Notes under the pieces: generated by a model
What the model was told of the DNA's origin: nothing
The model's database searches: none
The model's input: only the letters and a program-made list of their open reading frames with translations
Position numbers and translations under genes: made by a program
Source: Thermoplasmatota archaeon
Lineage (GTDB): Archaea; Thermoplasmatota; Penumbrarchaeia; Penumbrarchaeales; Penumbrarchaeaceae
NCBI GenBank assembly: GCA_965234725.1
Contig: CBDDUX010000113.1
Coordinates: forward strand, 1 to 27,388
Direction: 5' to 3'
Length of the DNA stretch: 27,388 nucleotides
In this document: in pieces, positions 1-9,400 of the stretch
Numbering within the stretch: the stretch's first letter is position 1
Layout of the letters: every line of letters begins with the position of its first letter

Positions 1-10
1 CGGTGGGCCA

Positions 11-1942
11 GTGTACCTTACATCGATTCAAAAAGTTAGTGAAGTACTGAATCTATATCATTATTTTGGTTACTCAACCCTGGATATAGATAACACTACT
101 TCACTAAACGGACTGCCTATCGCATATCTTGAAAAACAGCATGATACTGTTCTGGACCAGGAATACGGCCAGGTGATTATAGCTAACTGTAGAGATATTT
201 ACGTCAGGAACATCTCACTTGATGTGAGCCCATATTCATTGATGGTATTCGATTCTGAACGGATAATAGTTGAAAATTGTGATCTTAACAATATTATAAC
301 CATGGGAGTGGAGTATTCATGGATCATTGGTAATAATATAACTGGAAGGATAACAGGGGGAAATTGTCAATACAGACTTGAAAGAAATAATTTCAAAGGA
401 TATCCGTTGGATTATTTCGGCTCCTGGGAATATTGTGAGAGAATAGACCTTGATTTCAATGATAATTACTATGAAAATTACAGGTGGAGTGAGACTTCTA
501 CCTCGGACGGGATCCATTGGAAAACTCCTTACAATATAATCAATTCTATGGTGGACAAATATCCCAGAGTATTTCCATTTGGTTACAATGGCCCAAGAGA
601 ACCCCAATTCCAAAAAGACATGACTCCTTCAGTTGTTTCCGAGGGGAAGAATCTTACTTTTTCTGTGGAGATAACAGATTTCCATGGGATCAGAAGTGCA
701 GGAGTCAATTATTCGATCAGTGGAGATAGATCCTATTTAGACCTGGAGAGAGTTGGAGATACCTTGTGGAAAGCAAATATCTCAATCCCATTTGATGTCA
801 GAAACCTCACTTATAAGTTCAATGCAGAATCGGTGGCGAGCATTAAATCTGAGTCTATAATAAAAGAGGTGGAAGTTACCGATAAAACACCTCCAACCAT
901 CATCGACAGGAGCGAAGTGATCGCAACGACCGGAGATCCATACCAATTCCAGGTGGAGGTGAACGATAACAGGAAAGTGGAGAACGTAAGGGTCACCTAT
1001 GCTTTCGGCAATTACCCCAAGGAAGAGATCCGTCTGACCGAGGGATCAATGTTCTCAGGTTGTATCGACATTCCCCTGAACAGTATAGACCCACTGGATT
1101 ATTCTATCATGGCAGTAGATAGTTACGGGAACATTGTATACACCCATAAAAGAACAGTAACTGTCCTAGATAATGATCGACCCAAGATAGATTTCCCTTC
1201 GGTATTGAACACTACAACAGAGGTTATCACTGTATTCGATGCAAGCAAATGCAAAGATAATATCGGCATCGTTGATTACTGGTGGAAATTCGGGGAGGGG
1301 TTTAAAGGATATGACCTGAAGGGAATGGTCGATCACCATATCTTCTCGATAGCTGGATTATATAACGCATCACTTACCGTGAAAGATGCACGTGGAAATA
1401 CCGAAACGGTCCTTTTCAAGATCAATGTATCCAGGAAGATCGTGAATAGATCTATTCCTTTGTTCCAGATAGAGATCGGACCGATCCGTGATAATACAAC
1501 AGGGGCTCCCATAGGGGGAGCAAAAGTAATTCTTTTTATCGATGATGGGCTCATAATCAATATCAGTAAAGAAAATGGATTGGTAGGATTTACTCTTTTC
1601 AGTTCAATTGATGAAAGGACAATAAGGATGGATATTTCAAAAAATGGTTATATACCAATAAAAAATGACAATATCCTATATCATGATGGAAGATTGATGT
1701 ATGGTCTGCCGGGAATGGAAAAGATCGGTCCAGATCCTGATGATTTAGAAGTAACAGATGATGATATTGAGGAAGAAGGGGATATTCCGGAAGAGGAAGG
1801 CCATGGAGAGGATGGATCCTCCATGAAGGCATCGATTATCGTAGTGGTCCTGACACTTCTGGTATTGACCATTATCTCGACAGCGCTCGGGTATTATGTC
1901 ATCAGAAAGAGGAAAGATGGAAATGAACGGGAATATCAGTAG
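11..1942 (+). CDS. Membrane-anchored multidomain cell-surface protein (NosD/CASH-like beta-helix end, two Ig-like repeats, PKD domain, carboxypeptidase-regulatory-like domain, acidic linker, C-terminal TM); probably 5'-truncated by the window edge
   Basis: Frame is open upstream of GTG at 11 (ggt ggg cca) and there is no signal peptide. NGLPIAYL...GQVIIANC and DGI..PYNI..DKYP are typical of archaeal beta-helix surface proteins. PKD-like VFDASKCKDNIGIVDYWWKFG...GLYNASLTVKD. Ends in a D/E-rich linker, hydrophobic IIVVVLTLLVLTIISTALGYYVI and basic RKRK. Confidence 0.75.
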   Translation: MYLTSIQKVSEVLNLYHYFGYSTLDIDNTTSLNGLPIAYLEKQHDTVLDQEYGQVIIANCRDIYVRNISLDVSPYSLMVFDSERIIVENCDLNNIITMGVEYSWIIGNNITGRITGGNCQYRLERNNFKGYPLDYFGSWEYCERIDLDFNDNYYENYRWSETSTSDGIHWKTPYNIINSMVDKYPRVFPFGYNGPREPQFQKDMTPSVVSEGKNLTFSVEITDFHGIRSAGVNYSISGDRSYLDLERVGDTLWKANISIPFDVRNLTYKFNAESVASIKSESIIKEVEVTDKTPPTIIDRSEVIATTGDPYQFQVEVNDNRKVENVRVTYAFGNYPKEEIRLTEGSMFSGCIDIPLNSIDPLDYSIMAVDSYGNIVYTHKRTVTVLDNDRPKIDFPSVLNTTTEVITVFDASKCKDNIGIVDYWWKFGEGFKGYDLKGMVDHHIFSIAGLYNASLTVKDARGNTETVLFKINVSRKIVNRSIPLFQIEIGPIRDNTTGAPIGGAKVILFIDDGLIINISKENGLVGFTLFSSIDERTIRMDISKNGYIPIKNDNILYHDGRLMYGLPGMEKIGPDPDDLEVTDDDIEEEGDIPEEEGHGEDGSSMKASIIVVVLTLLVLTIISTALGYYVIRKRKDGNEREYQ

Positions 1943-1952
1943 CTCATCCTCT

Positions 1953-1980
1953 TCTTCAGATCCTCTGAAGATCCTCTTTT
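1953..1980 (+). terminator. Possible terminator hairpin after the surface-protein gene
   Basis: TCTTCAGA-tcc-TCTGAAGA perfect 8-bp inverted repeat 10 nt after the stop, followed by a pyrimidine/T tract. Confidence 0.35.
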
Positions 1981-2070
1981 CTGATCAACTCCCAATCCAT
2001 CTTTCTATGAATTATCTCGAATTTAAACTATATAATTATTGTTGATAATAATATTAAGGACCAAGGGATT

Positions 2071-2604
2071 GTGAATTCCATGAACTCCATTGTTGTATAC
2101 AGTTCCAAAACCGGTTTCGTTGAAAAATATGCAAAATGGATTGCGGAAGAACTATCAGAGAAGGCTGTTCCGGTTGAGGATGTGGATATCGATACCCTGT
2201 TGAAATATGATACTATTATCTTCGGAGGGGGCCTTTACGCTGGGGGTATAAACGGGATTAAATTGATCAAGAAGAATCTTGATCAATTGCAGGGGAAGAG
2301 GATCGCAGTATTCGCATCAGGGGCCTCGCCTCCGAGAGAAGAAACCATCACGGAGGTAAGGGACAAGAACTTCACTGCGGAAGAACAGAAGAATATCAGA
2401 TTCTTCTATCTCCGAGGAGGCTTCGATTATGAAAAGCTGAACATGAAGGACAAGGTCCTAATGACGCTATTGAAGAAGAAGCTCCAGAGTAAGAAGGACC
2501 TTACTGAGGATGAGGAAGGAATGCTTTCAGCATATGATCATCCTGTGGATTTTACAGATAGGAAGAATATCTTGGACCTGATCGAATTCATCAGAAGCAA
2601 CTAG
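2071..2604 (+). CDS. Flavodoxin domain protein (Flavodoxin_5/HemG-like); start may be ATG 2080
   Basis: N-terminal IVVYSSKTGFVEKYAKWIAEEL FMN-binding loop; YDTIIFGGGLYAGGI; FFYLRGGFDY; C-terminal DFTDRKNI. Confidence 0.85.
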   Translation: MNSMNSIVVYSSKTGFVEKYAKWIAEELSEKAVPVEDVDIDTLLKYDTIIFGGGLYAGGINGIKLIKKNLDQLQGKRIAVFASGASPPREETITEVRDKNFTAEEQKNIRFFYLRGGFDYEKLNMKDKVLMTLLKKKLQSKKDLTEDEEGMLSAYDHPVDFTDRKNILDLIEFIRSN

Positions 2605-2686
2605 ACTGTATTAAGAATGGGTTGATTTCAATGGAAAATGATATCTATCCTTTTTAATAATCGTTTAGAGACCGGAAGAAGGACCT

Positions 2687-3373
2687 TTGGATGGCGAATT
2701 CAATGGATTCCATGAAGAGACGCTGAAATTCCTGGTAGAACTCAAATTGAACAACAACAAGGAATGGTTCGATGAGAACAGGGAAAGATATTCTGAATTC
2801 ATATTGGAACCTTCGAAGGCTTTCGTGTTTGCCATGGGCAAGAAGCTCAATGGTATCGCACCCGGCATCATAGCGGATCCAAGAGTGAACGGATCGCTGT
2901 TCCGGTTGAACAGGGATGTAAGGTTCTCCCCGGATAAGACCCCATATAAAACTCACCTGGGAATTTTCCTCTGGGAAGGACCTCGAAAACGAATGGAATC
3001 ACCAGGATTCTACATGCAGATCGATCCTGATTCCCTCATGTTTGCTGGGGGGGTGCATATGCTTCCAAAGGACCTGCTTGATCCTTTCAGAAAAGTGGTT
3101 GCGAAGAAAGGGCCAGCCGGTGAACTGGCAGGGATCGTGAAGAATGTGGAAGAGGCAGGTATCGAAGTGAAAGGATCTCATTACAAGAAGAACCCAAGGG
3201 ATTATTCCGATGATCATCCGAATTCGTATTTCCTGAAATACAACGGAGCCTATGGAATGGACACAATACCCATTCCAGATGAGTTCTTTAGACCTGAACT
3301 TGTTGATATGGCTTTCAACAAGTTCAAGGTCATGGACCCGATGAACAGGTGGTTCCTTAAATATCTCTACTGA
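2687..3373 (+). CDS. DUF2461 / TIGR02453 family protein
   Basis: Signature FLVELKLNNNKEWFDENRERY and FRLNRDVRFSPDKTPYKTH; TTG start preceded by GAAGAAGGA. Confidence 0.88.
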   Translation: MDGEFNGFHEETLKFLVELKLNNNKEWFDENRERYSEFILEPSKAFVFAMGKKLNGIAPGIIADPRVNGSLFRLNRDVRFSPDKTPYKTHLGIFLWEGPRKRMESPGFYMQIDPDSLMFAGGVHMLPKDLLDPFRKVVAKKGPAGELAGIVKNVEEAGIEVKGSHYKKNPRDYSDDHPNSYFLKYNGAYGMDTIPIPDEFFRPELVDMAFNKFKVMDPMNRWFLKYLY

Positions 3374-3458
3374 TGATGTAATGGATAAGGTCCTTCGGTA
3401 TTACCTGTGTTTTGGGGATCGGATTAATAGCAGTCATTCCATTGTATCAACGGATACA

Positions 3459-4013
3459 ATGGGTTTGAAAAGGTTCCTTTACAGGTTCTGGAGATCTGAT
3501 TCTAAAAGGAAGGTCTCATGGATCAGGATCTATCTTCATATAACAGATAAGGTCCTGGACCTGGGAGCAGGCCCATGCTGGGTTACATCCTTACTCAGAG
3601 AAGAACAATTCAATGTCATCCCTCTGGACATCGAGGACCGATCGATCATCGGTGGTATAGGATCCATCGTCTACGATGGGAGGAATATACCTTACAGTGA
3701 CAATGAATTCGATGTCGCATTGGTATTGACAGTCCTTCATCATGTAAAGGACCCGATATCCTTAATGAAAGAAGTGAAAAGGGTCTCGAAGAGGATCATA
3801 GTGATCGAGGATATCTATTCCAACAATACCCAGAGGGGTCTTGTGAAATTCCTTGATTCAATGATCAATTTGGAATTCAAGGGTCACCCCCACAATAATA
3901 AGAACGATAACCAATGGAAGACCCTCTTCAAAGATATGGGGTTCACTCTCAAAGACACACAGTATCACAAGATGATGGGAATATTCACACAATCGGTCTA
4001 TCTACTGGAATGA
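3459..4013 (+). CDS. Class I SAM-dependent methyltransferase (Methyltransf_11-like); ORF is open from 3381, ATG 3459 preferred
   Basis: Motif I VLDLGAGPC; YDGRNIPYSDNEFDVAL; TVLHHVKDP..LMKEVKRV; IIVIED. Confidence 0.85.
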   Translation: MGLKRFLYRFWRSDSKRKVSWIRIYLHITDKVLDLGAGPCWVTSLLREEQFNVIPLDIEDRSIIGGIGSIVYDGRNIPYSDNEFDVALVLTVLHHVKDPISLMKEVKRVSKRIIVIEDIYSNNTQRGLVKFLDSMINLEFKGHPHNNKNDNQWKTLFKDMGFTLKDTQYHKMMGIFTQSVYLLE

Positions 4014-4026
4014 TCTTACCATCAAA

Positions 4027-4722
4027 TCAATCTCCGTAATATATCCTTGCCAATCTTTCATTATCCACTCCAAGATGGAAGAGAAAAATCAGAAATATAT
4101 TGATCAGCACAGTTTTAAAAGGACCGTTCTTCAAGAACCTTCTGCTGGAAGTCCTCACCTTCTCTTTCAATATCTTCACTTTCAAACCGGACCGTTTCAT
4201 CCTTCTCATAAGATCCAGGTCCTCCATGATCCTGTAATCATTGTAGCCTCCAATTCCTTCAAAGGTCCTTTTCTTCATGAAGATCGCTTGATCCCCGTAT
4301 GGGACCCTTGTCATTCTTCCTCGTAGGTTGTTGATTGGGACCATCAGTCTGAGATATAGTGGCCCTTCATCGAGGGCTATGGTGAAAGCTCCTGCTGATA
4401 GACTTACATCCGAAAAGGTTTCCTCGATCAGATCGAAAGCTTTGGGTGGAAGCCTTGTATCAGCATGAAGGAAGACCATGATCTCTCCCTTTGCTTTCTT
4501 CGCTCCCATATTCATTTGAGTTCCTCTTCCTACCTCTGAGATCAGTTTGATCACATCAGGATCGTTGATGATCTCAATGGTATCATGGTCGTCCGATCCA
4601 TCAACAACAAGGATCTCGATCTTCTTCCCCTCTTCAATAGACCTCAAATGCAAGACCAGATCGTTGATGATCTCACTTTCGTGTAGTACAGGGACAATGA
4701 CCGATATCTTTCTACTTTTCAA
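4027..4722 (-). CDS. GT2-family glycosyltransferase, TIGR04283-like (rSAM/selenodomain-associated transferase 2; arsenosugar-cluster type)
   Basis: ISVIVPVLHE, VVDGS, GRGTQMNMGA, FLHADTRLP, PYGDQAIF, GGY..IMEDLDL, TSSRRF. Start reassigned to TTG at 4722 because GAGGAGG lies just upstream and the start overlaps the previous gene's end (stop at 4712-4714). Confidence 0.88.
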   Translation of the reverse strand: MKSRKISVIVPVLHESEIINDLVLHLRSIEEGKKIEILVVDGSDDHDTIEIINDPDVIKLISEVGRGTQMNMGAKKAKGEIMVFLHADTRLPPKAFDLIEETFSDVSLSAGAFTIALDEGPLYLRLMVPINNLRGRMTRVPYGDQAIFMKKRTFEGIGGYNDYRIMEDLDLMRRMKRSGLKVKILKEKVRTSSRRFLKNGPFKTVLINIFLIFLFHLGVDNERLARIYYGD

Positions 4723-5404
4723 ATATCGGTTCCTCCTCAGGAAATTCTGGAATGATCTCCATGGTCCTTCTAGCCCTGGAACTATCGGACGACCTGATCT
4801 CCAGTCTCTGAAGGTCCTTCCTGGTATCAACATCATACCAGAGGGGTAGTTCGAATAGTGTTATCCCCAATCTTCTAGAGTTGGACCTAATCGATCCTAA
4901 AACACTTTCAGTTCCCCACTCCACTCCATCAAATATATGGGGGTTAAGGGTATCCTTCTTCATTCCAAGAAGGTAGTAACCTCCATCTTCACAAGGTCCG
5001 ATCACTGCATCGCCATGGTCTAACGATACGATAGCACCCAGTATGAAATCCGATTCGATATCCGGGCAGTCTGCAACCATTACAATAGCTTTCTCATATC
5101 CCATATTGATAGCTTCATTGAGACTATTGAACTGCCTCTCACCCAGGTCGCTGCCGGTCTGCTTGAAGATCAAATAATTATCCTTAAGAAGGCTATCTAA
5201 GACCTCCGGATCACCGTCAGAGTGTAACGATATGATTATATCAATGTCCAGAATGGAGAGTAGATCCAGTGTATCCAGAATAAATGCTTTGTATAATTCA
5301 AGAGCAATTTCTTCTCCGACTCCTTCCGCAAGTCTGGTCTTCACTTTTCCCCTCTCCGGGGACCTGATCATCAGGACCGCACATGCTTTCTTCTCACCAT
5401 CCAT
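4712..5404 (-). CDS. TIGR04282 / DUF2064-like transferase (rSAM/selenodomain-associated transferase 1, CofC-like fold)
   Basis: PERGKVKTRLA, QTGSDLGER, ADCPD, AVIGPCEDGGYYLLG, WGTESVL, DVDTRKDL. ATG at 5404 follows GGAGGA, 1 nt past the upstream TAA. Confidence 0.88.
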   Translation of the reverse strand: MDGEKKACAVLMIRSPERGKVKTRLAEGVGEEIALELYKAFILDTLDLLSILDIDIIISLHSDGDPEVLDSLLKDNYLIFKQTGSDLGERQFNSLNEAINMGYEKAIVMVADCPDIESDFILGAIVSLDHGDAVIGPCEDGGYYLLGMKKDTLNPHIFDGVEWGTESVLGSIRSNSRRLGITLFELPLWYDVDTRKDLQRLEIRSSDSSRARRTMEIIPEFPEEEPIFEK

Positions 5405-5405
5405 T

Positions 5406-6377
5406 TTAATCCTCCAAAAGAGCCCCCCCACAGGAGGAACCAGCTCCAGCAGTGCATCCAAAACAATGGGTTCCGGTGTTGATGATCCTCTTATCCAACA
5501 CTCCTGATCCCATTATATGAGAAGTATGATATGAAACGACTCCAAGACCCAAGGCCTGGTTGAAGTCACAATCGTATATCTTACCATCCCATCCGACATT
5601 GATCTGATAACGACACATCAAACCACCAATGGTTGAAGGATTGAAATTATTCTTCAGGAGGTTGATATATGCCTCATCCTTGCCGTTCTTCTTCAGATCC
5701 TCAATGAACCTGCCCAGAGGCATATTGGTTATTGTGAACAGTTCTGTGAAATCAATGTCGAAATCCTTCTTCAATATCTCCTTGTATTCCGCCTTCAGTG
5801 CCATCTGAGGCGGGGGGAGGAAATCAGCCATCGGATTGAAAACAAGGTCAATTTTGAGATCCTCCGATCTTCCATATCCAAGTGAGTTGAGAAATTTCAA
5901 TCCCTCGATCGATTTTTCGAAGACCCCATCACCTCTGACACAATCGACCTCAGCTTTCTCGTAACAGGGAAGGGAAGCAATGATCTCCAACGAATTGTCA
6001 GCATAGAATTTTGCCAAATGGATGTGCTCATCCGATATGAGGTTCGTTAGATTGGTCCTGACCATGATATGTTTCCCTTCTCTCTTGAGAGCAGTGATGA
6101 ACTTCTCAAGAAATGGGTGTTCCTCAGGTGCACCACCCGTGATATCAATGGTCTTGACATCTCCATCCTTGGCAAGATCGATTATCCTCTCCATTGTCTC
6201 CCAGGACATCATCTCTTCCCTTTGAGGACCTGCTCTGTGATGGCAATGGGTGCACTCCTGGTTGCACTTCAATGTGATATTGGCCTGGATAGTATGGATC
6301 TCCTTGGTGTCAACATCAGGACCCGTATTTTCCATTACAATTTCCCTGAAATCATCCATAAAGGCTACTTTCGGCAT
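5406..6377 (-). CDS. arsS: ArsS-like radical SAM / Cys-rich domain protein (TIGR04167, DUF3641 C-terminus)
   Basis: CNQECTHC radical-SAM triad; IDITGGAPE; VRTNLT; ASLPCY; LVFNP; ITNMPLGRF; LMCR..I.VGWDG.IYDCDFNQ; C-terminal HCFGCTAGAGSSCGG. Confidence 0.88.
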   Translation of the reverse strand: MPKVAFMDDFREIVMENTGPDVDTKEIHTIQANITLKCNQECTHCHHRAGPQREEMMSWETMERIIDLAKDGDVKTIDITGGAPEEHPFLEKFITALKREGKHIMVRTNLTNLISDEHIHLAKFYADNSLEIIASLPCYEKAEVDCVRGDGVFEKSIEGLKFLNSLGYGRSEDLKIDLVFNPMADFLPPPQMALKAEYKEILKKDFDIDFTELFTITNMPLGRFIEDLKKNGKDEAYINLLKNNFNPSTIGGLMCRYQINVGWDGKIYDCDFNQALGLGVVSYHTSHIMGSGVLDKRIINTGTHCFGCTAGAGSSCGGALLED

Positions 6378-6439
6378 GGATATTTACCTGTTTTGGTTGG
6401 GGGCTATCCCATACGGTTTTTCTTAACCTTAGATTATCA

Positions 6440-9400
6440 TCACTCCTCCAGGTCATCCTTTCGGTTGAGTTTGATGAAAACGACCACTCCAATTATTATT
6501 ACGATCAGGATGAGGATCAGTATTGGGATTATCCACCATACAGACCCTCCCGAATCGTTGTCTCCATCATTGCCATCATCGTCATCTTTGGCATCGATCT
6601 GTTCCGGATTTGTGCCTCCTTTGAATTCGTCCACATTGCTGATGCCATCCCCATCCAGATCCAAAGTAGCATCAGATGGATCGGTCTTGTTCAGCCCATG
6701 GAGGTCCTCCCATGCATCGGGCATTCCATCCCCATCTGAATCAACAGGTGGAGGGTCATCATCATCAACTATCCCTTCTTTTGCTACAAAGGTCCAGTTG
6801 TGATCCGTTTCAAGTTCCCTTCCTGAAAAATCCCCTGCAGCATGGAATATCGATATCTTGTAGGTCTCATCAGCGGTCCAACCATCTGTGGGAATGAAAT
6901 ATAATGTCGAATTGACCCATGTGAAGGAGCCATCTACCTTAGGTTCTATAGAGAAAGCGGACCTTGTTGCTGCGTCATCCATCGGATTGCTGAATTCTAT
7001 GGAGATCGATGATTCCACACCCACTTCACCATCATCCATTGATGTCTTGACAACAACAGGAGCATCGGGGTAGTATTCAATGGTTGAACTGTAAACCTCT
7101 GATTCCAAACCTGCGATATCCTTGAATTTTGCATATACGGTTCTTTCTACTCCGGAATCACCTGTAGTCCTTGTGATACCTTCCAGATACCATGAAACAT
7201 AATCCAGCAATTCCTTCCAATCTGACCATGTGGAGTTATCATTGGAAAGTGAGTAGTGAGTAACCTCATTTGCAGATTCCGAATTGAAGGAGATGAAGAT
7301 CCTTGTCTCTCCAGTGTATGGGTCCCCTTCATTTATCGAGATCGTTCCGACCGGAGGTTCCATGACAACGACGTTCAATCTCATGAATGCTATGTTGTTA
7401 TCCTCAATAAGCTCATTCACAAGACCGGCTTCATCAACCACAACATAGATCCGTGTGGTATATCGCGTTGCATTCCATTTCATTATAACTGTAACGCTTT
7501 CATGAGAACCTATCGCTTTCACAGTCTGTTCTCCTATCAATCTGGAAGCATTCCCAGGTTCTTGTTCATAGAACCTCACATTGATACCGGTAGCACTGAT
7601 ACCTCCCTGGTTCCTGATGGTTGCTGAAATATCGACAACATCATCAACCTCGGGCAACCTATCTGAAAGTGAGATATCATTGGCATAGATGGCCGGGTCC
7701 TCTGTCAACCAGTGGTCTGACATGTTCTCCCTGAGATACATATCTGCAGTATACTGGTCAGGTGCTGAAAGATATGTATCATCATAGGTATAGTGCCATG
7801 TCAACTTCCAGTTGGCCGCTACAACATAGTGTCCTGGATTCATATGTTTGGATTTCAATTTCAGCTTGCCCTCTTTCATTTGATATGCCGCAGCAGACAA
7901 TACATCCAACGGGATCTCAAAAATGTATTTCCCTTCGGGTACCTCATTCTTAATTGAACCAAGAAGGATATCGTCCAGATAGAGATAAAGATCATGAGGT
8001 TTGACATCACCTTCATCTCCGTCAGGTGTCAATTGTATCTCGAAAAAGAGACTGTCAATTGTTGGAATTCCTGAGGGCATTCTCTTCATCAGCGACCATT
8101 CATCCGATGAAGAATTGTATGTCTTGAAATATCTCAGGTCAAGATTTGTTCTGTCATCATGCCACAGGAGTATGAGGTTCTCATCGTAATAATTCAGCTC
8201 CGGTAATTCTGAATAGGAATCATCATCGGTTATCCTGACCTCATCTTCCCAGGAATCACCAAGATCGAAACTCTTACTGTAATAGATCTCAGTCTCATCA
8301 TGTCTGTGATCACTCCATGCTACATGGATTGTACCTAACCTTGTTAGGACCATGGTCGGTTCACTTGCCCTTGTACCTGAACTAGATATGACCTCTATGG
8401 AACCCCATGAATTTCCTCGATCATTGCTCCTAACATGATAGATCTCCCTGGACATACCATCCGAATCTGACCAGACGATATGGGACCTATCTGATGCATC
8501 CACAACAATAGCAGGTTGTAGAGAGTGACCATCCGTATTTGTGATCCTCTCGGGAAGATGGAAACTGTACATGTAGGATATAGTATATGTGTGCATTATC
8601 TCGTAGTTCCCGTATCTGCTATCCGACCAAACGACATGGAACAGACCATCATTATCCCTGTCATACCTCGGTTCATGGACCATGCCGGTTGAAGTTGCTA
8701 CAGAATATGGTTTTCCCCAGGTGCCATCGGATTCCATCTGCCTTATGAGGACCTCGCTGGAAGAAGGACCGTTCTCTGCATAGACCAGGAACATACCACC
8801 ATTGGAATGGAGATAAGGGTCCACGGAATCAATTGACGAATTTGTGACCATTACCTCCTCTTTGGGATTCTTGATTGGAGAATCGCTTTGAGCATAGAAT
8901 ATCTGTGAAACTCCATTCACCTTCTCCTGCCAAACATAGTGCACCCCTTTCGAATTGATAACAGTGAGAGGATTCCCCCTTGTGGTTTCGGGTGTCACAT
9001 CACGATATCTGTAGGCATCTTCCGGCCCCCTGGTTGAGCCCATTATATCATTGTCAGACCCCCTGCTAAAAGTATTAATTGCCCACCTTGCAGCACCCAC
9101 CTTCATATCATGCGTGGAAAAACCGAAGAAATTCTCAGCTGCTGACGAGGCTGCACCTATTGCTGCATCCTTGATGAATCCTCCAACGATTCCCAACAAA
9201 CCCCACATGCAAGCAGCTGTTGCGCCGGCTGCAGCGATCCCTGTGATCAATCCGACGAATATCAATCCAAGTTCCACCAGGAATACCAGGAGTTCCGCCA
9301 GATCTAGCTCCGGTTTGTTGGTGCAATACCAATCATCCCCTCCAGCAGAATCCGATCCACCACCACCACCGAAATTACCGGGAGATCCGCCGGGTGCTGG

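Noticed and set aside
1946..1977. Three copies of ATCCTCT
   Set aside because: Short, irregularly spaced and part of a probable terminator region; not a CRISPR or iteron array.
3381..4013. Methyltransferase as ArsM
   Set aside because: Too short, lacks the multiple conserved cysteines of arsenite methyltransferases, and is on the opposite strand.
4723..4836. Long N-terminal extensions in the ORF track (also 5405-5461, 16440-16487, 25123-25203, 26288-26353)
   Set aside because: They overlap neighbouring genes or regulatory DNA; downstream starts have better SD or TATA support and match family N-termini.
5415..5470. Possible selenocysteine in the ArsS C-terminal Cys-rich motif
   Set aside because: All positions are Cys codons and the ORF ends at TAA; there is no in-frame TGA.
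6069..6803. 244-aa plus-strand ORF
   Set aside because: Antisense to arsS and the giant protein; its Ser/Pro-rich content mirrors Asp/Gly codons on the coding strand; no recognisable motif.
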